From contig CM119371.1 of NCBI GenBank assembly GCA_051294905.1, forward strand, positions 40,054,001 through 40,118,000: a stretch of DNA of 64,000 nt, written 5' to 3'. Below the pieces are notes generated by a model, which worked only from the letters and a program-made list of their open reading frames with translations, was not told where the DNA came from and did no database searches. Within the stretch, counting starts at the first letter, position 1. Every line of letters starts with the position of its first letter. Shown one piece after another: positions 53,113-64,000 of the stretch. This stretch comes from Botryllus schlosseri (taxonomy: Eukaryota). The translations under genes and the position numbers were made by a program.

Positions 53113-56100
53113 ATCTACACCAATGCCTCCATAGCAAACAACACACTTATGCTCTGTAAGTTAGTTGTATTTTGTATTACAGAATCTGACGATCTGGACT
53201 GGATGGTTACATTGGTTAGTCTACCTGCCATTTTCCTCAAAAATAAACTTCTTCCTGTCTGATCAGGTACGAATATTTATCGATATTATCAAGCAGTTGT
53301 TTGATTTGAAGTATACATAATTCGGGACTGTCAGAACGATTCGACAGTCCTAGTCGAACTTTGCATTTTATAGCAACTATGTAATTGTAGTTTAAACACA
53401 TTTTTTCAACGGTATACATCCCATTGCTATTAAATCGTTTTTAGTCTGGCAGCCTTTCATAACTAATCATTTGGCTGGGAATTCGACAGCAGAGCAGTCA
53501 TATTTTTTACAGCTGCAACCGATGAAATAAGATCAGATAAGGGCATTTGAATATTTACTCCTTCTCAAACGCCCTGCTGTTGACAAGCCCGTGCACCCTT
53601 TTCATCGCAGTCGCAGTGAAGCAGTGGTGTACAAATGGCGTTTCGCAAAGCAATTTCTGGGTGTCCACACACTCAATTGGCAACATGAATGATAACCTAA
53701 TTTTTAGGCCCAGATTCAGATCATCACGCCGTATATTTAGGCGATTACAAGTATATAAGTGGTGATCTGCAAGCTATGTTAGTGTTATATACTTCAAGTG
53801 GACATCTTGAGTAGTACAGCTTTTTCAAAAAGTAGAACTAAACGCATAATTTTAGCTGTATTTCGAAGGTGGCCACTTTTCAACTCGATAGATGCATATT
53901 CGCAACTTACTCAATATGAGTAATAACATGACAGTTGCAGTAAAACAGAGTTACAAATTTAAAAACTTTTGAGGGTGTCCAGCCCGCAGGACTGGACGGT
54001 CAAAAAGAGGTCGGCATGGTGACGATAAAAAGTTGGTGTCAGCGTGAGCTGCTGACTAACACCTGGTTGTCAAGTCCATCTAATGTTCATATACCCGAGC
54101 CAGAGGCGTTAAACGCAGTTAACAAGGCTATACTGAAGTAGAAGTAGGAAGACATAATTTTACTCGGTACGAGTTATGTTGTAAACCAGCTACAAGTAGA
54201 AGTAGTTTGACAGTCTTTTGATACTACTCAAGTGAGCATGTATTTTTGAATAGTTATAATACACTGCCAATATGTATGTTTGACCTGTTTCACAATACCA
54301 AACCTTTCTTCAGATGCCCAGATCAGCCTACCTTACAATTTGTTCTGCTGTGGAAAAGAAGAAGTGGGCCATCTACTTTGATGGGGAGACAGTCCGAGAT
54401 ATCAACAGCTTCCATGAGGAATTTGCAGTGATGCTTTCAGTCTACTGGATATTCGACATACAGTTTTCGACAAACATCAGAAATTCCCTCACTTTCATGT
54501 CAGTTCTAGCACACTGTTGAAAGAGATGAGTTCTGCTGTTCGCACCAAACTTGGTAAAATCTGGGACTAATTTGAAAATAAAGTTTTGGAATAAAGGCGA
54601 TGTTGTGATTTATGTCAACGTGGATTATGAAGATTTAATTTAGATGTTGTGCGCATCGAAGTCGTTTGACGAAGATATCCGGATAGGACGAGGTGGTATC
54701 TGGATAGGCTGATGAGGTGGTTTACCGATAGCATAGGGGAGGAAAATTTTCCACCTAAAATAGGTGGGGGAGCCCACCACCCTTTACGAGTGGAGAAAAT
54801 ACCACCTCCTTTGGGTGATTTTTGAAACACCTCTGTAAGGTGGCCACAGTTTTTACAGTGTACGCAGTTGTAACACAATGCACCATGTCAAATTCGGTTA
54901 CGCATTTCATGATTGAACAACTTTAAAACTAGCGCAGTTCGACACCGACTTTTGCGGGAGAGTAGCATGTACCTATGCATAATCAACTTTAATAACGAAA
55001 TTACCATGCTAAACATTGAATGCGCAACTTGAAAATTGGTTCACAGGTGTAGGACATTATGACAATGGAACATATCAAATTTCATCACACATTTCATGAT
55101 GGAACACCTTTAAAACTAACGCAGTTCTATACCGATTTCACGTGAATCTGTTTGCGGGAGCGTAGCACGTACCTATGCGTAGTCAACTTTAATGACGGAA
55201 TTACAGATGTAATTAAGTTTCAACACTTTTACAATGATTCGTCTTGCTTCCTATAACATCCCACTCGAAGCCCTCGTTATTAGGTTATGATCTCAGCCTG
55301 AGCTATGTCTTGAAGCCTACGGGAATCTGCAAATTGTTTCGATTTATTCTGTCAGTTTCAATTTAAGATAAGGGAACCCATTTCACTCAATGTATCGATG
55401 CCTACGGTACTCTACAAAATTTTCTGATTAATTCTCCCTATGTTAATTTATCATAAGAAAGATGATTTGAATCCTAAAGTACGAAATACTTGTTCGCTTG
55501 AGCTGAGCCGCAGCGCTTGGAGTGGAATTTTACGAGGTATGTGGACTCATTTCGAAGGGCTCTATGCCATAGGAGCATACTTTACGCTCCAATTTGACTC
55601 CCATACATTCCATATAGTTACTAACAAAACCATTGAGTACCAGCCTGGAAATTTCGCGTAGCACTAGATGGCATGTATACAATTTCATGACATCCGACAG
55701 TACGACGGAGACTATCAAAATATCGACAGAAGCCCTCTATTCTTTTCTGAAATAATCAAGGTTTTATCAGGACTTCCCTTCATATAAACTCCAGCAGAAT
55801 CACTAATAACCTCTCAAGTTTACTCAATTTACTCTAATTTGACACTCGAGTACTTAATCCCTATTTTCCGCAAGTATGATACAGGCTATCGCTCGATACT
55901 CAACGATTCGTAATTTTGCTGGAATACAAGTACAATTAGGGATTAAAAAGTAACTAATATAGGTGGTTATGTTTGTAGATTATTTACACTTCTATACTTA
56001 CCGGTTTTTCAGGAGAAACTACCTACTTTTAGGACTTTATATTTTAAAGTAGCTTGAGGTTACGTTTGTATCACTTTGACAAGTGCTATCATCAAAAACT

Positions 56101-59100
56101 GCTTTTGCTAAACTCTTACACTTTCACTAAACTTCTACACTGAATCTTGTAAAGTAGATAGAAGAGGAAAACTACTATCATAAGGTAAGTGAGAAGCACG
56201 CAAATTTTGATCGCATACAAATGCCACAAACCGCGCTAACTTTCAGAGTTGTTAAGTATAGAAGTAGTCGTACTTCTTGAGAATACCCAAGTAGGTTTTT
56301 TGCCTACATGCACCAAATACTCTCAAGTCCTTATTGGAGTACATCAACTTCATGATAGCTACAGTATAAAACAGAAATAGACCTAGAGTACTAACGTTTT
56401 ACTTACTCGGAAATGACTGCTTCTACCTTATTTCAAAGGATTCCTCGTTCGGAGCGAAATTTTATGGGGTTTTGGATAATATCCAAGATGTAGGCTCACT
56501 TTGAAGGGTACTTCGTAAAACTTAAATATTGCGCAGTGAGAGTTCGCAAATTCTCGAAGTATTTTTGTTATTTTTATTGCGATAAGTCATTCTGCGGCGC
56601 GAAAATGCGTCGTCGGATATAGAGGAAACTAGCAGCACTCATCAAGACCACTGAAAACAGTACATTTCAACATTTAGTAGCAGTAAATTTCTAGTAAAGT
56701 ACAAGAAGTGATGATTTCCGAGAGAGTTAAAAAGTAAGTATTGAAGGTATAGTTTGCTCTAAAACCGTAAAACTCTGAAATAGAAGTAGATGCAGTGTAG
56801 ATAGTTAATCACTTCATTCAGTATAGCGCAATCAGGCCAAACCTATACTTGAGTACTCCAAAGTGTACAAGTACTGTGCTATGTACTCCCTCCACGTAAA
56901 AAGTGACTAGAGTTTAGAGTACTTTATCGGTACTTGACAGTTTCAGTTTTAGATAAAATTCAGTTAAGACTTTAAATTTTAAAGTAGTTTGAGCTTACGT
57001 TTGTATCACCTTGACAAGTAACATTATCAGACATGAAAATGATATTATAACCTAATACAGAAGTGAACACACGTCAATGTGCTTCGGAATTCACGAGAAA
57101 TTGCTTACTAAGAGAAGTATATTCTTGTATACACAATAGTGGAGAGAATCTTTAAAATGTAGTAAGCAGGCCGATGGGTATTCGTTGAGTTGTATAAGCA
57201 TAAAAAAACATTCCCGCGCGCTCCTAAACCTAACACTTCCTAACCCACCACCACCTAATACTAAGACGCGCGCGGGAATGTTTTTTTATGCTTATACAAC
57301 TCAACGAATACCCATCGGCCTGCTTACTACATTTTAAAGATTCTCTCCACTATTGTGTATACAAGAATATACTTCTCTTAGTAAGCAATTTCTCGTGAAT
57401 TCCGAAGCACATTGACGTGTGTTCACTTCTGTATTAGGTTATAATATCATTTTCATGTCTGATAATGTTACTTGTCAAGGTGATACAAACGTAAGCTCAA
57501 ACTACTTTAAAATTTAAAGTCTTAACTGAATTTTATCTAAAACTGAAACTGTCAAGTACCGATAAAGTACTCTAAACTCTAGTCACTTTTTACGTGGAGG
57601 GAGTACATAGCACAGTACTTGTACACTTTGGAGTACTCAAGTATAGGTTTGGCCTGATTGCGCTATACTGAATGAAGTGATTAACTATCTACACTGCATC
57701 TACTTCTATTTCAGAGTTTTACGGTTTTAGAGCAAACTATACCTTCAATACTTACTTTTTAACTCTCTCGGAAATCATCACTTCTTGTACTTTACTAGAA
57801 ATTTACTGCTACTAAATGTTGAAATGTACTGTTTTCAGTGGTCTTGATGAGTGCTGCTAGTTTCCTCTATATCCGACGACGCATTTTCGCGCCGCAGAAT
57901 GACTTATCGCAATAAAAATAACAAAAATACTTCGAGAATTTGCGAACTCTCACTGCGCAATATTTAAGTTTTACGAAGTACCCTTCAAAGTGAGCCTACA
58001 TCTTGGATATTATCCAAAACCCCATAAAATTTCGCTCCGAACGAGGAATCCTTTGAAATAAGGTAGAAGCAGTCATTTCCGAGTAAGTAAAACGTTAGTA
58101 CTCTAGGTCTATTTCTGTTTTATACTGTAGCTATCATGAAGTTGATGTACTCCAATAAGGACTTGAGAGTATTTGGTGCATGTAGGCAAAAAACCTACTT
58201 GGGTATTCTCAAGAAGTACGACTACTTCTATACTTAACAACTCTGAAAGTTAGCGCGGTTTGTGGCATTTGTATGCGATCAAAATTTGCGTGCTTCTCAC
58301 TTACCTTATGATAGTAGTTTTCCTCTTCTATCTACTTTACAAGATTCAGTGTAGAAGTTTAGTGAAAGTGTAAGAGTTTAGCAAAAGCAGTTTTTGATGA
58401 TAGCACTTGTCAAAGTGATACAAACGTAACCTCAAGCTACTTTAAAATATAAAGTCCTAAAAGTAGGTAGTTTCTCCTGAAAAACCGGTAAGTATAGAAG
58501 TGTAAATAATCTACAAACATAACCACCTATATTAGTTACTTTTTAATCCCTAATTGTACTTGTATTCCAGCAAAATTACGAATCGTTGAGTATCGAGCGA
58601 TAGCCTGTATCATACTTGCGGAAAATAGGGATTAAGTACTCGAGTGTCAAATTAGAGTAAATTGAGTAAACTTGAGAGGTTATTAGTGATTCTGCTGGAG
58701 TTTATATGAAGGGAAGTCCTGATAAAACCTTGATTATTTCAGAAAAGAATAGAGGGCTTCTGTCGATATTTTGATAGTCTCCGTCGTACTGTCGGATGTC
58801 ATGAAATTGTATACATGCCATCTAGTGCTACGCGAAATTTCCAGGCTGGTACTCAATGGTTCTGTTAGTAACTATATGGAATGTATGGGAGTCAAATTGG
58901 AGCGTAAAGTATGCTCCTATGGCATAGAGCCCTTCGAAATGAGTCCACATACCTCGTAAAATTCCACTCCAAGCGCTGCGGCTCAGCTCAAGCGAACAAG
59001 TATTTCGTACTTTAGGATTCAAATCATCTTTCTTATGATAAATTAACATAGGGAGAATTAATCAGAAAATTTTGTAGAGTACCGTAGGCATCGATACATT

Positions 59101-59279
59101 GAGTGAAATGGGTTCCCTTATCTTAAATTGAAACTGACAGAATAAATCGAAACAATTTGCAGATTCCCGTAGGCTTCAAGACATAGCTCAGGCTGAGATC
59201 ATAACCTAATAACGAGGGCTTCGAGTGGGATGTTATAGGAAGCAAGACGAATCATTGTAAAAGTGTTGAAACTTAATTA

Positions 59280-62236
59280 CATCTGTAATTCCGTCATTAA
59301 AGTTGACTACGCATAGGTACGTGCTACGCTCCCGCAAACAGATTCACGTGAAATCGGTATAGAACTGCGTTAGTTTTAAAGGTGTTCCATCATGAAATGT
59401 GTGATGAAATTTGATATGTTCCATTGTCATAATGTCCTACACCTGTGAACCAATTTTCAAGTTGCGCATTCAATGTTTAGCATGGTAATTTCGTTATTAA
59501 AGTTGATTATGCATAGGTACATGCTACTCTCCCGCAAAAGTCGGTGTCGAACTGCGCTAGTTTTAAAGTTGTTCAATCATGAAATGCGTAACCGAATTTG
59601 ACATGGTGCATTGTGTTACAACTGCGTACCGAGTTTCAAGGTGGGGAGTCAATTATCAACATGGTAATTCCGTTATTAAAGTTGACTATGTATACTGTAT
59701 AGGTACGTGCTACGCTACGGACAAATAGATTTAGTCAAAAGTCGGTATAGAACTGCGTTGGTTTTAAAGGTGCTACATCATGAAATGTCTGACGAAATTT
59801 GGTATGGTGTATTTTCATTATGTCCTACAACTGCATGCGTACAAAGTTTCAGGGTGGGGATTTGATTATTAGCATGGTACTTCCGTTATTGAAGCTTACT
59901 ATGTATAGGTACGTGCTACGCTACCGAAAAACAGATTTACGCAAAAGTCTGTAGAGAACTGCGTTAGTTTTAAAGGTGTTACATCATGAAATGTGTGACG
60001 AAATTTGATATGGTGCATTGCCATAATGTCCTACAACTACGTATCAAGTTTCGAGTTGGGATTCAATGTTAAGCATGGTATTTCCGTTATTAAAATTGAC
60101 TATGTATGGGTACGTGTTATCATACGCTCCCACAAAACATATGTACGCAAAAAGTCGGTGTAGAGCCGCGTTAGTTTTAAAGTTGTTCCATCATGAAATG
60201 TGCGACGGAATTTGGTATGGTGCATTGTTGTCATGTCCTGTAACCGCGTATCAACTGTCAAGGTGGGAATTCAATGTTTAGCATTGTGATTCTGCTATTA
60301 AAATTGACTAAGTATAGGTATATGCTATGTTCACGCAAAACAGATATGCGTAAAAGTCGGTATTCGACTGCGTTAGTAAATTCCACTCCGAGCGCTGCGG
60401 CTTAGCTCAAGCGAACAAGTATTTCGTACTTTAGGTGTCAAATCATCTTTCTTATGATAAATAAGCATAGGAAGAATTAATCAGAAAATTTTGTAGAGTA
60501 CCGTAGGCATCGATATTTTGAGTGAAATGGGCTTCCTTATCTTGAATTGAAACGGAGAGAATAAATCGAAACAATTTGCAGAGTCCCGTAGGCTTCAAGA
60601 CATAGCTCAGGCTGAGATTACAGCCTAATAAAGAGGGCGTCGAGTGGGATGTTATAGGAAGCAAGACGAATCGTTGTAAAAGTGTTGAAACTTAATTACA
60701 TCTGTAATTCCATCACTAAAGTTGATCACGCATAGGTACGTGCTACGCTCCCGCAAACAGATTCCTGCGAAGTTGGTATAGAACTGCGTTAGTGTTAAAG
60801 GTGTTCCATCATGAAATGTGTGATGAAATTTGATATGTTCCATTATCATACTGTCCTACACCTGTGAACCAATCTTCAAGTTGCGCATTCAATGTTTAGC
60901 TCGGTAATTCCGTTATTAAAGTTGAGTATGCATCGGTACGTGCTACGCTCCAGCTAAAGTCGGTATGGAACTGCGTTAGTTTTAAAGTTGTTCAATCATG
61001 AAATGCGTAACAAAATTTGACATGGTGCATTGTCATAATGTCTTACAACTGCGTACCGAGTTTCAAGGTGGGGAGTCGATTATTAACATGCTAATTCCGT
61101 TATTGAAGTTGACTATGTATAGGTACGTGCTACGCTACGGAAAAACAGATTTAGCCAAAAGTTTGTATAGAACTGCGTTGGTTTTAAAGGTGTTACATCA
61201 TGAAATGTCTGACGAAATTTGGTATGATGCATTTTTATTATGTCCTACAACTGCGTACCAACGTTCAAGGTGAGAATTTAATGTTTAGCATGCTAATTCT
61301 GTTATTAAAATTGACTATGTATGGGTATATGCTATGTTCACGAAAAACAGATATGCGTAAAAGTCGGTATTCGACTGCGATAGTTTCAAAGGTGTTCCAT
61401 CATTAGATGTGTGATGAAATTCAGCATGGTGCATTGCCATAATGTCCTACAACTACGTATCAAGTATCGAGTTGGGATTCAATGTTAAGCATGGTAATTC
61501 CGTTATTAAAGTTGGCTATGTATGGGTACGTGCTATACGCTCCCACAAAACAGATGTACGCAAAAAGTCGATGTAGAGCCGCGTTAGTTTTAAAGTTGTT
61601 CCATCATGAAATGTGTGATGGGATTTGGTATGGCGCATTGTTATAGCCTCCTATAACCGCGTACCAACTTTCATGGTGAGAATTCAATGTTTAACACGGC
61701 AATTCTGCTATTAAAATTGACTATGTTTAGGTATATGCTATGTTCACGCAAAACAGATATGCGTAAAAGTCGGTATTCGACTGCGTTAGTTTTAAAGGTG
61801 TTCCATCATTGGATGTGTGATGAAATTTAGCATGGTGCATTGCCATAATGTCCCACAACTACGTATCAAGTTTAGAGTTGGGATTCAATGTTAAGCACGG
61901 TAATTCCGTTGTTAAAGTTGACTATGTATAGGTACGTGCTATACGCCCCTCCCCGCAAAACAGCTGTAGGCAAAAAGTCGATGTAGAGCCGCGTTAGTTT
62001 TAAAGTTGCTCCGTTATGAAATGCGTGAGGAAATTTGGTATGCCGCATCATCACAATGTCCTACAACTACGTATCAAGTTTCAAGGTGGGGAGTCACATA
62101 TTAGCATGGTAATTCTGTTATTAAAGCTGACTATGTATATTTACACTCTACCGAAGACAGATTTAGGTAAAAGTTGCTATAGAACTGCGTTAGTTTTAAA
62201 GTTGCTCCATCATGAAATGTGTGATGAAATTTGGTA
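59280..62236 (-). repeat. ~148-bp satellite in the right arm (mirror image, four extra units, no transposon)
   Basis: Reverse complement of 48460-55210 plus a 591-bp segment at ~60812-61402. Confidence 0.9.
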
Positions 62237-64000
62237 GGCTGCATAATCACAATGCCCTGGAGCTCATTTAGATACGTTTTTTAAATGTAGTTACACATTC
62301 TAGTTGTTTTGATGAAGGAAAAAATCATTCGATATCTCGATACAACTAGTTTAACACGCGTTGATGTAACTTTCCTCATTTGTATGCATAGCCTACGCGA
62401 AATTGGTTACCGAATTTTTCGATTAGTTTATATTCCGTATTTTATTTAAAACTGAAACTGTTAAGTACTACTCAAAGTGTTATAAAATGTGAAAAAGTGT
62501 ACAAGTAGAATTATTATTATGTCATGAATAAGTAGTTTACAAATTCATACGATTTTTCTTGTTGCGTTTCGGGATAAAATGTAATTTTTCGCTCTTTTTT
62601 ATTTTTTCAATAAAATTAGTATTCATTTTACAAAAAACGTCGTGTAAAGATAAAGTACTTGTACATTTCGTAGTGCTCAAGTATAAGTTTTTAAACCACT
62701 ACCTTGACAAAATTTTCAGAATAGCAAGTTTTGCGTAAAGTCTGTCTTGAATTTAGTTGCCGGCTCTGAAAGCAAGCAAAGTTTGTGGTATTGAAAGCTA
62801 TAGGCACTATCTAGTAGAGAACCTCTCGAATTGGTATTTTCTAATACCTCATTCCCATAGGCGAAATTGCAAACCTTGATCTCAGCTACGGGGAGAACAT
62901 TATCTTTACGCAACTCGGGACTATTATTTCGAGCGATCTGACTTATTTTCCACTTGCGAACTCGTCCTTGCATTCATTAGGTGATGATCTATTATGCTTG
63001 CTAATTGAAATAATCAATCATAGTGTAATGCTTATGTGAGTTTTACTCATATTCAAGCGTGTTTACATTTCTACTGAATTTCTACACTAAATCTTATAAA
63101 GTAGATAGACGAGGAACACTATTAACATAAGGTAAGCGAAAAGTACGTAAATTTTGATGTCATACAAACACCACAAACTGTGCTACTTGTACTTCTTCAG
63201 AGTACTCAATTAGGTTTTTAGCTGCACGCAACAAATTCTTTCAAGTGTAAATGATATTGGACTGCTTCAACACCACGATGATTATTGTATTAAGCAGAAA
63301 TGAACCTAAAATACTAACGTTTTACTTACTCGGAAATGGCTACTTCTACCTTAATTTAAAAAACTCAAGCAAAGCTTACGAACTCCATAGTGTAAACGCC
63401 TCTAATACTCAATATGCTCTATTTGAATCTAAAAATGTTAATTCTCGTAAAACGTACTGGGTGTGGGATTCGAACCTACGTGAACACTTGTTCATTGGAA
63501 CTTAAGTCCATCACCAAAAAGCTCTAATTTACAAAATTTTCGGAGTACCGACTTTTTTAGGTGAATTCTGTTATGCGCTTTGTTACCAAGTCTGAAAGCA
63601 AGCAAAATTTGTGGTATTTGATCAACATGGAAATATTGGAACTTTGCGTTTAGGTGATATTGAAAACATGAGTTACTTAAGAAAATTTCGACTCATAGGC
63701 GTGGGTAATTTAAAATACGTACGTATTAAAATCATTAATGCATCGGTCACAATTCTGCTCCATTCGAACCTACGTGAACACTTGTGCATTGGAACTTAAG
63801 TCCATCACCGAAAAGCTCTAATTTACAAAATTTTCGGAGTACCGACTTATTTAGGTGAAATCTGTTATGCGCTTTGTTACTAAGTCTGAAAGCAAGCAAA
63901 GTTTGTGGTATTTGATCAACATGGAAATTTTGGAACTTTGCGTTTAGGTGATATTGAAAACATGAGTTACTTAAGAACATTTCGACTCATAGGTGTGGGT

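Larger units (their letters stand above)
51464..54570 (+). pseudogene. Spliced accessory gene remnant of the CACTG element (resembles SAMD3-like accessory proteins of animal EnSpm elements)
   Basis: Exons ~51464-51692, 52624-52725, 53183-53266 and 54314-54570 with GT-AG ends; motifs FKIQCYDRRLGQYLDL and FAVMLSVYWIFDIQFSTNIRNSLTFM; one frameshift, one internal TGA; AATAAA after the stop. Confidence 0.65.
50478..54860 (+). mobile_element. Non-autonomous CMC/EnSpm-type element, 4383 bp
   Basis: 11-bp TIR CACTGTAAAAA, TA duplication (50476-50477, 54861-54862), GGTGG/CCACC subterminal repeats, exact empty site in the right arm at ~59627. Confidence 0.93.
48460..55210 (+). repeat. ~148-bp satellite in the left arm, interrupted by a ~330-bp module and the CACTG element
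   Basis: catgatggaacaactttaaaactaacgcagttc...ggaattaccatg...gttgtaggacat recurs about every 148 bp. Confidence 0.9.
46682..64000. repeat. Giant palindrome: left arm <=46682-57221, spacer 57222-57267, right arm 57268->=64000
   Basis: Base-by-base reverse complementarity; mirrored ORF pairs have constant coordinate sums (114489, 110104, 110695, 110682) whose steps equal three indels. Confidence 0.98.

Noticed and set aside
57222..57267. Sequencing adapter or fold-back artefact at the palindrome centre
   Set aside because: The spacer resembles no adapter I recognise, and the arms differ by a TSD-flanked insertion and indels; a haplotype mis-join still needs read-level checking.
46592..63980. 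Identical ORF pairs on opposite strands read as duplicated genes
   Set aside because: A consequence of the palindrome and satellite; short, with no domains.

Overview
AT-rich, intron-containing eukaryotic DNA that looks like an invertebrate animal; the species cannot be fixed from sequence alone. It is dominated by nested non-autonomous DNA transposons (many hAT MITEs with 8-bp TSDs, CACTA/CMC elements, foldback MITEs) and a 4.2-kb satellite grown out of a MITE. The one clear host gene is a minus-strand NACHT (NLR-like) gene: a 1.4-kb NACHT exon at 43374-44768 plus scattered, partly decayed downstream exons. The last ~17 kb is one giant, nearly perfect non-coding palindrome centred on a 46-nt CCTAA-rich spacer (57222-57267). 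Its left arm alone carries a 4383-bp CACTG/TA-TSD transposon with a decayed spliced accessory gene, and lacks four satellite units. A small TSD-flanked palindromic insertion at 27097-27405 carries a minimal hammerhead-ribozyme motif on both strands, consistent with a Penelope-like element. Most short ORFs in the track are spurious. All alignments were made by eye.
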